Of a stretch of 64,000 nucleotides of DNA, positions 63,151 through 64,000 are shown piece after piece. Position 1 is the stretch's first letter, and every line of letters starts with the position of its first letter. A program made the translations under genes and the position numbers. Source of the DNA: Acidimicrobiia bacterium (GTDB lineage Bacteria; Actinomycetota; Acidimicrobiia; Acidimicrobiales; SHLQ01); the NCBI GenBank assembly GCA_033344795.1, contig JAWPMS010000001.1, positions 2,147,645-2,211,644 of the forward strand, written 5' to 3'. The notes under the pieces were generated by a model, which was not told where the DNA came from, ran no database searches, and saw only the letters and a program-made list of their open reading frames with translations.

Positions 63151-63846
63151 TCAGAAGGACAGCACGAGGATCACGATGATGATGAGTACCACGGCGAGGA
63201 TCGCTACGGGAATGAATCGCTTGAAAACGGCGCCGCCGGCGACGTCGAGCAGGTCGAGAACCTCGTCGTCATCATCGACCTCCGCTGCGGCCACACCGGC
63301 CGCTGTGGATGCGGCGGCGGAGGCCGGGGCTGCAGCCGCCTCGTCTTCTGCTTCGATCGCGGCCTCTTCGGCGCCGGCGGACGCGATGGCATCGATCGCC
63401 GCGGGTTCGCCGATCTTTGTCTCGAGGCACTCGGCAAACTGGCCAAGCAGCTTTGTCGAGACATCCTGCATGACGCCTCGGCCGAACTGAGCTACCTTCC
63501 CGGAAACCTTGAGATCGGTGTTGATGTCGACTTGGGTCTGATCACCGACGGGGGTCATCTGCGCCGTGATCAGCGCTTGCGCATTTCCTGCTCCTCGTGT
63601 GTCTCGACCCTTGCCGCTGATGACGGCCTTGTAGTTTTCGTCGTCCTTCTCGACGAACTCCGCCGAACCCTTGTACTCCGACGTCACTGGTCCGACCTTG
63701 ATCTTGACGCCACCGCTGTAGACGCCGTCGGTTTCATCGGTGAGCTTCGCGCCCGGAAGGCACGGGGCGATCTCCGCGATGTTGGTCAGTAGCTCCCAGG
63801 CTTCGGCGATGGGCGCGGCGACGGTGAAACTATTTGTGATCTCCAT
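63151..63846 (-). CDS. coxG: CoxG-like SRPBCC protein with A/E-rich linker and C-terminal transmembrane anchor
   Basis: ORF 63151..63882. ATG 63846. N-domain MEITNSFTVAAPIAEAWELLTNIAEIAPCLPGA. C-terminus FKRFIPVAILAVVLIIIVILVLSF. Confidence 0.7.
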   Translation of the reverse strand: MEITNSFTVAAPIAEAWELLTNIAEIAPCLPGAKLTDETDGVYSGGVKIKVGPVTSEYKGSAEFVEKDDENYKAVISGKGRDTRGAGNAQALITAQMTPVGDQTQVDINTDLKVSGKVAQFGRGVMQDVSTKLLGQFAECLETKIGEPAAIDAIASAGAEEAAIEAEDEAAAAPASAAASTAAGVAAAEVDDDDEVLDLLDVAGGAVFKRFIPVAILAVVLIIIVILVLSF

Positions 63847-63904
63847 GGAGACGGTCCTTCTGGTTCGGAATAGATCTGACACGATTCCAATGCTTCACTT
63901 GCTA

Positions 63905-63935
63905 CGTCAACGCGACTTAAGGGCATGCTTAAGTC
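63905..63935. promoter_or_regulatory. 31-bp motif with perfect inverted repeat GACTTAAG-GGCATG-CTTAAGTC upstream of coxG
   Basis: Read from sequence. Second copy of the motif at 63105-63135. Confidence 0.55.
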
Positions 63936-64000
63936 GGTACCTTCCGAGATCGTGACCTGACACCGTGACCCCGACACAACTTCGAAGTTTTGCAACCGTT

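Noticed and set aside
1-64000. Scan for mobile elements, prophage genes, tRNA/rRNA genes and toxin-antitoxin or defence cassettes.
   Set aside because: I recognised no transposase, integrase, recombinase or cas motifs and no cloverleaf-type RNA. The gene content looks like core or accessory metabolism.

Overview
High-GC, actinobacterial-type chromosomal window with about 60 tightly packed genes, many joined by ATGA/GTGA/TGATG stop-start overlaps. I found no rRNA, tRNA, transposase, integrase or cas genes. All product calls come from reading motifs in the translations; no database search was possible.

Modules in order:
1. 1-11.6 kb: mixed metabolism and signalling. HisA-like fragment, Cys/Met PLP enzyme coupled to a DUF3445 protein, crotonase, acyl-CoA dehydrogenase, nitronate monooxygenase, adenylate cyclase-STAND protein, SRPBCC protein coupled to an ATP-dependent DNA ligase, USP, nitroreductase.
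2. 11.6-25.8 kb: organosulfonate island. A divergent HisD-like/DegT-like pair faces tpa-tauABC, a CSAD/GAD-like decarboxylase and pta. These are followed by TetR, a HOT-like Fe-ADH, IclR and xsc. The same GTTAGA-N3-TCTAAC palindrome sits in both divergent promoter regions.
3. 25.9-31.9 kb: cobS-cobT, siroheme branch genes and a ferredoxin-type sulfite reductase.
4. 32-35 kb: GntR regulator, Rpf-like transglycosylase, a nested tandem-repeat array, then HAD and LysR genes.
5. 35.4-39.9 kb: a signal-less Mo-bisPGD oxidoreductase with a fused FeS-NrfD partner. I hypothesise a SoeABC-like cytoplasmic sulfite dehydrogenase.
6. 40-51 kb: housekeeping and accessory genes. These include a peroxiredoxin-like gene with an in-frame TGA at the first position of a UxxC redox motif plus a downstream hairpin, which makes it a candidate selenoprotein.
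7. 51.9-55.3 kb: divergent PRPP-synthetase-like gene and a NarL-type two-component system.
8. 55.5-63.9 kb: form I aerobic CO dehydrogenase cluster coxG-coxMSL-xdhC(TRASH fusion)-mocA-coxD-coxE, with a 31-bp motif repeated in front of coxG and coxM.
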